Assembly (NCBI GenBank): GCA_041690135.1
Contig: JAWLHY010000002.1
Location: 752,342-816,341, forward strand
Source: Armatimonadota bacterium
GTDB lineage: Bacteria > Armatimonadota > SYMT01
Direction: 5' to 3'
Length of the DNA stretch: 64,000 nucleotides
Shown: one piece after another, positions 59,720-64,000 of the stretch
Numbering within the stretch: position 1 is the stretch's first letter
How the letters are laid out: every line of letters starts with the position of its first letter
Position numbers and translations under genes: made by a program
The notes under the pieces: generated by a model
The model's database searches: none
Seen by the model: the letters and a program-made list of their open reading frames with translations, nothing else
Told to the model about the DNA's origin: nothing

Positions 59720-59917
59720 TTATCCGGTGGATTGAGCCGGTCCGACGAAGAGGACCATGACGGCCATCCAGACCAGGACCAGGACCAGCGCAATCCCCAC
59801 GACCACCACAATGGACCGGCTCGCCGAGGCCGGCCGGGTGGAAGGCATCCGGCTCACCGCCACGAGAGCCCCAATGACCAGAATCACGGCAGCCAGGATC
59901 AACGGCAGGGTGGTCAT
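59720..59917 (-). CDS. Small two-TM membrane protein
   Basis: 65 aa, two hydrophobic helices, starts 4 nt after gcvT stop. Confidence 0.6.
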   Translation of the reverse strand: MTTLPLILAAVILVIGALVAVSRMPSTRPASASRSIVVVVGIALVLVLVWMAVMVLFVGPAQSTG

Positions 59918-59921
59918 CAGC

Positions 59922-61019
59922 TTAACGACGCTGCGCCCGGTAGAACGGCAGCGGCGTCACCACCATCGGCTCCGCGCGCTCGCGGATGATGACGTCCACT
60001 TCCGTTCCGGGCTCCGCCAGTTCTGGCGGCACATAGGCCATGCCGATCGGTTTGCTCAATGTGGGCGAGAAGGTTCCGCTGGTGACGAAGCCGACGTCCT
60101 GCCCATCTTTCCGCACCACGTAGTCCTGGCGCGGAATGGCCCGGGTGGCGCTGGTGAGACCGACCAGCACCAGCGCCGCGCCGGCCTGCAGGTACTCTGT
60201 CAGCTTCTCACGCCCCAGGAAGGCGCCCTTCTCCATCTTTACCGTCCACATCAGCCCGGCGGAGAGGGGGTTCACCTCTTCCCAGATCTCGTGGCCGTAG
60301 AGCACGTTCCCGGCCTCGATCCGCAGCACGTCCCGCGCGCCCAGCCCGCACGGCTTTACCCGGCCCTCGCCGGCCTCGCTGATCGTTTTCCACAGCGCCG
60401 CGGCATCTCCCTGGGTGAACAGCTCGAACCCATCCTCGCCTGTGTACCCGGTTCGCGAGACGACGCAGGGAATGCCCGCGACCTCTCCGGCCGCGAATCC
60501 GAACCGCCGGAGCTCCGCCAGGGGGCCGCTGCAGAGCGGTTGCAGAATCTCCAGCGCCACGGGTCCTTGCAGCGCAATCAGCGAGGTGACCAGCGACGAG
60601 TCCTCCAGGCGGACCCCGGGGAGCAGCTTGCCCTCGAGCCAGGCATAATCCTTGGCGGTGTTGCCCGCGTTGACGACGACCATGAAGGTCTCGTCGTCCA
60701 CGCAGTAGACCAGGATGTCGTCGATGATGCCGGCTTCCTCATCCAGCAGCAGCGAGTACTGGGCACGCCCCGGAGTCAGCCGCGCAACGTCGTTCGTCGT
60801 CATGGAGTTCAGCCACGCCAGGGCCGCGGGGCCCGTCACGTGGAACTCCCCCATGTGGCACACGTCGAACAGGCCGGCGGAGGTGCGGGTGGCCTTGACC
60901 TCATCGATGACGCCGGAATACTGGACCGGCATCTCCCACCCGGAAAACGGGACCATCCGGGCCCCCAGGGCGACGTGGGTATCGTAAAGCGGTGTGCGGC
61001 GGAGCGGTGCCTCGGACAT
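59922..61019 (-). CDS. gcvT: Aminomethyltransferase (glycine cleavage T protein)
   Basis: RTPLYD.H, F.GWEMPVQY, LFDV.HMG, SRTGYTGEDGFE, GLGARD.LRIEAG. Confidence 0.97.
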   Translation of the reverse strand: MSEAPLRRTPLYDTHVALGARMVPFSGWEMPVQYSGVIDEVKATRTSAGLFDVCHMGEFHVTGPAALAWLNSMTTNDVARLTPGRAQYSLLLDEEAGIIDDILVYCVDDETFMVVVNAGNTAKDYAWLEGKLLPGVRLEDSSLVTSLIALQGPVALEILQPLCSGPLAELRRFGFAAGEVAGIPCVVSRTGYTGEDGFELFTQGDAAALWKTISEAGEGRVKPCGLGARDVLRIEAGNVLYGHEIWEEVNPLSAGLMWTVKMEKGAFLGREKLTEYLQAGAALVLVGLTSATRAIPRQDYVVRKDGQDVGFVTSGTFSPTLSKPIGMAYVPPELAEPGTEVDVIIRERAEPMVVTPLPFYRAQRR

Positions 61020-61173
61020 GCGTGTTGTTCAGAGTCGAAAGTCTGGCCCACGGCAACTCCGCGGTCCCAGCCCCATTATAGCCCACCTCCTCCCTCGTTG
61101 GAGGTGCGGCCGCATCTGCGGTGTCTACGGTTCTCCAATGGTTGTGCGAACCATCTTGATGGAGATCCTGGCG

Positions 61174-61190
61174 GTCTATAGAATATAGAC
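61174..61190. promoter_or_regulatory. Probable VapBC autoregulatory operator
   Basis: Perfect palindrome GTCTATA-GAA-TATAGAC just upstream of vapB. Confidence 0.7.
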
Positions 61191-61212
61191 AGATGTATAG
61201 AAAGGCAGACCG

Positions 61213-61467
61213 ATGGCGCTCAGTATCAAGCATCCGGAAGCCGACCGGCTGGCTCGCGAACTTGCGGCGTGTACTGGCGAAAGCCTTACCGATGCCGTCC
61301 TTGAGGCACTACGCGAACGCCTGCAGCGTGAGCAAGCTCGCCGCGAGGTGGGCAGTCTGAGCGAAGAAATTAGGCGGATCGGCAAACGCTGTGCGTCACT
61401 TCCGGTGTTGGATGCGCGGCCTGCCGATGAGATCCTCGGCTACGACGAGCGCGGGTTGCCGAACTGA
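61213..61467 (+). CDS. vapB: Type II TA antitoxin VapB (Rv0623-like)
   Basis: [28 protein letters not shown]; GYDE.GLP. Confidence 0.9.
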   Translation: MALSIKHPEADRLARELAACTGESLTDAVLEALRERLQREQARREVGSLSEEIRRIGKRCASLPVLDARPADEILGYDERGLPN

Positions 61468-61865
61468 TGGTCATCGATACCTCGGCGTTGGTCGCTATCT
61501 TACTCGACGAACCTGAATCGCAAGCTATCGGCGAAGCCATCGATCGGGATCCTAACCGACTCCTCTCGGCAGCTTCGTTGGTGGAGGTGAGTCTCGTCAT
61601 TGAGTGTCGATTTGGCGAGCCGGGAATCCGGGAGTTAGACCTGTTGCTCTACAAGTCGTCGGTGGATGTCCGGCCTGTGGACCGCCGACAGGCCGAAATC
61701 GCCCGCGATGCATTCCGTCGCTATGGAAAGGGGCGCCATCCGGCCGGGCTGAACTTCGGAGACTGCTTCTCTTATGCGCTATCCCAGGTAACTGGAGAGC
61801 CCCTCCTTTTCAAAGGGAACGACTTCTCACAGACGGATCTGGTAGCTGTGGAGTGGTCACTGTAA
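61467..61865 (+). CDS. vapC: Type II TA toxin VapC (PIN ribonuclease)
   Basis: [41 protein letters not shown]; TGATG coupling. Confidence 0.93.
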   Translation: MVIDTSALVAILLDEPESQAIGEAIDRDPNRLLSAASLVEVSLVIECRFGEPGIRELDLLLYKSSVDVRPVDRRQAEIARDAFRRYGKGRHPAGLNFGDCFSYALSQVTGEPLLFKGNDFSQTDLVAVEWSL

Positions 61866-62645
61866 TCAGCCACTGCGCCGCCGACGTGGAGCGGAAATAG
61901 GGACCGCTGTGATCTTCCGCTCCGGGCAGGGCACCAGTACGGGCGCGTCCGTGGTGAAGCCCGCGGGCACTTTCACCGGCTCCAGGATGGTCCGCGCATT
62001 CATCTCCACGGTCACCTTCTCGATGCGCACCGGCTTCAACTTGGAGGTGACGCTCGGGACGAACAGCACGTCGTAGGTGCCGGGCTGCAGGAACCGCGTC
62101 TCGAAGTACGCGGGAAGGATGGGGGTGCCCATCCGCGCCTCCATGGCCACGGTGAACCCCCGGTAAATTTTGATCGTGCCCTCAACGGGGGCGCCCTGCT
62201 CCGTCAGCAGCCGCAGTTCCAGCCAGCCGCCCACCCAGTTTCGCGGCATGTCCTCCCGGATGGGGATGCCCTCTTCCTGGTAGAACAGCGCGTTTGCCGG
62301 AGCGGCCGGCTCGAGGACCACGTTAACCTGCTTCTCGCCGAAGGTGTCGAGGTCGACCCCCCAGATTCGCTTGGGGTGCGCGCTTGGCGCCACCACGAAG
62401 AGTTCGTGCCGTCCCGCCACCAGTCCCGGAATCGAGTAGCCCACGTTGCGCCCGCCTCGGAACTTCACCGCGTAGGAGCGGTACTTTGCCTCCCGGGCGA
62501 TATACAGGCGGGCATTCGCGACGTTGCCGCCGCGATAGGTGACCATCCCGGTCAGCGTGGTCTGGCCCGTTTGCGCCCGGCTGCCTCGCGCCAGGGTCGC
62601 GGCCCCAAGGCCCATGAGGAAGATACGCCTGCTGCTTCGTGCCAT
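61866..62645 (-). CDS. Tat-exported protein with carboxypeptidase-regulatory-like beta domains
   Basis: SSRRIFLMGLG twin-Arg signal; L.G.V, L.PG.YDV. Confidence 0.65.
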   Translation of the reverse strand: MARSSRRIFLMGLGAATLARGSRAQTGQTTLTGMVTYRGGNVANARLYIAREAKYRSYAVKFRGGRNVGYSIPGLVAGRHELFVVAPSAHPKRIWGVDLDTFGEKQVNVVLEPAAPANALFYQEEGIPIREDMPRNWVGGWLELRLLTEQGAPVEGTIKIYRGFTVAMEARMGTPILPAYFETRFLQPGTYDVLFVPSVTSKLKPVRIEKVTVEMNARTILEPVKVPAGFTTDAPVLVPCPERKITAVPISAPRRRRSG

Positions 62646-62851
62646 GCCTTACTCCTGCCGTCGTTCTCGTGGGAGCTTTCGTTTCTTTAGTCGGTCGCCT
62701 GCTCTACGACCTCCTCCCGGAACGTGCGCCGTATCGCACAGAGTATACGGAACGCAACGGCGGATCGTTCGTTATGGTGTGCCGGTGGCGGGATAGCATG
62801 ACTCCGGTACGAGCGGGCCATTGGATCTTGAGTTAGCGAAAGGAGAACACG

Positions 62852-63310
62852 ATGCTGCAGGTAGGCGATCCGGCTCCCGACTTCACTGCGACGGATGGAA
62901 ACGGTAACCCCGTCAGTCTCGCCGCGCTCCGGGGGAAGAAGGTGGTGCTGTACTTCTACCCGAAGGATATGACCCCCGGGTGCACCCAGGAAGCGTGCGA
63001 CTTCCGCGACCGCTACGCCGAGCTTCAGGAGGCGGGCGCCGTGCTGCTGGGAGTGAGCCCGGACAGCGGCAAGAGCCACGCGCGGTTTACCGCGAAGTAC
63101 GAACTGCCCTTCCCGCTCCTTGCGGACGAAGACCATGCGGTGGCGGAAAGCTACGGCGTCTGGAAGGAGAAGTCGATGTACGGCAAGACGTACATGGGCA
63201 TCGAGCGGAGCACCTTCCTGATCGATCCCGAGGGCAAGATCGCCCGCGTCTGGCCGAAGGTAAAGGTCACCGGTCACGGGGATGAGGTGCTTGCCGCGGT
63301 GAAGGACTAG
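62852..63310 (+). CDS. bcp: Thioredoxin-dependent peroxiredoxin BCP
   Basis: GD.APDF, LYFYPKDMTPGCTQEACDFRD, RSTFLID.EG. Confidence 0.95.
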   Translation: MLQVGDPAPDFTATDGNGNPVSLAALRGKKVVLYFYPKDMTPGCTQEACDFRDRYAELQEAGAVLLGVSPDSGKSHARFTAKYELPFPLLADEDHAVAESYGVWKEKSMYGKTYMGIERSTFLIDPEGKIARVWPKVKVTGHGDEVLAAVKD

Positions 63311-63398
63311 GGTTTCCTTCGCGATTGGCAGCGACTCCCACTGGGGAAAGTCCAGAGTGTCTCCCGTCACCGAGCTGGGAGGCCCCAGGGAGAAGCGA

Positions 63399-63752
63399 AT
63401 GCCAAGAGGAGCCAGTGCGAAACGCGAAAGGGAGTACGAAGAGCTCGTCGACCGGTTCGAGGAAGAAGGCCGGTACGAGGGCCGCGAGGAAGAGGTGGCC
63501 GCCCGCATCGTAAACAAGCAGCGGGCGGAGTTCAGCGAGACCCAAGAAGCGAAAGCGAAAGACCGGGAAGGCACGTCGCCAGACCGGAATCTGCCCATCG
63601 ACCACTACGATCACCTGACCGTGGATGAGATCGAGCGGAAACTCGGCAACCTCTCGACCGGCGAGATCCGGAAGATCCGCTCCTACGAGCAGGAACACAA
63701 GAACCGCAAGACTCTGATGGAGCAGCTCGACCGCTGCCTCGACGCCAGGTAA
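63399..63752 (+). CDS. Conserved hypothetical protein
   Basis: KREREYE.L...F...GRY.GRE.EVAARIVNKQR; C-terminal LPI..YD.L.V.EI...YE..HKNRKT. Confidence 0.7.
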   Translation: MPRGASAKREREYEELVDRFEEEGRYEGREEEVAARIVNKQRAEFSETQEAKAKDREGTSPDRNLPIDHYDHLTVDEIERKLGNLSTGEIRKIRSYEQEHKNRKTLMEQLDRCLDAR

Positions 63753-63771
63753 CCGTTACCGGGCCGCCGCA

Positions 63772-64000
63772 TCAGGCGGCCCGGCGGTCTTCATTCGCGG
63801 CGCGGTGCGTGTAGGCCCGCACCGCCCGGGCGACTTCCGGGTCCCAGTGCCGCCGGCGCGCGGGATCCTCCGGGTCCCAGGTGACCCAGGCGCCGGGCGC
63901 GGGTTGGCCCCAATCGAAATCCCCGAGCGTCAGGATGGGCGCCCAGGTGACCAGGCGGGCATCCGCGCCCTGGCGGTTCGCTTCTTCCAATTGGACGTCC
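63772..64000 (-). CDS. 3' end of a hypothetical protein entering from beyond the window
   Basis: Open frame to the window edge, stop at 63772. Confidence 0.4.
   Translation of the reverse strand, partial: DVQLEEANRQGADARLVTWAPILTLGDFDWGQPAPGAWVTWDPEDPARRRHWDPEVARAVRAYTHRAANEDRRAA

Noticed and set aside
61020-61170. Glycine riboswitch upstream of gcvT
   Set aside because: GGAGA...CACCGCAG is only vaguely similar, the CTCTCAGG element is missing, and a TATAAT at 61080-61075 implies a short leader.

Overview
High-GC bacterial chromosome segment. A DUF1559 prepilin-like protein with H-X9-DG, SLH-like proteins and a copper-amine-oxidase N-terminal (stalk) secreted protein suggest Armatimonadota, which is an inference. 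1-41.7 kb is accessory-rich: a putatively metal-regulated DUF4198-like/DUF1559/PepSY-TM operon, katE, a decayed integron (intI relic, GNAT cassette, two attC-like sites) inside a partial VOC gene duplication, many orphan immunity-like genes (Imm1, Imm5-like, SMI1/KNR4, DUF2262, ankyrin), several pseudogenes, and two complete initiator tRNA-Met genes. 42-64 kb is mostly housekeeping: larE-iscS, a giant TPR/C39-peptidase protein, ald, gcvT-gcvPA-gcvPB (no gcvH, interrupted by an ATPase/DUF4276 pair), vapBC and bcp. The most striking unexplained element is a ~260-nt structured non-coding segment directly after a DIP1984-family gene (38466-38723). It has end-to-end closing helices, a perfect tRNA T-arm mimic and a periodic GCACYGTYAC repeat array, making it a candidate protein-ncRNA system. 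All family calls are by-eye motif recognition, not database searches.
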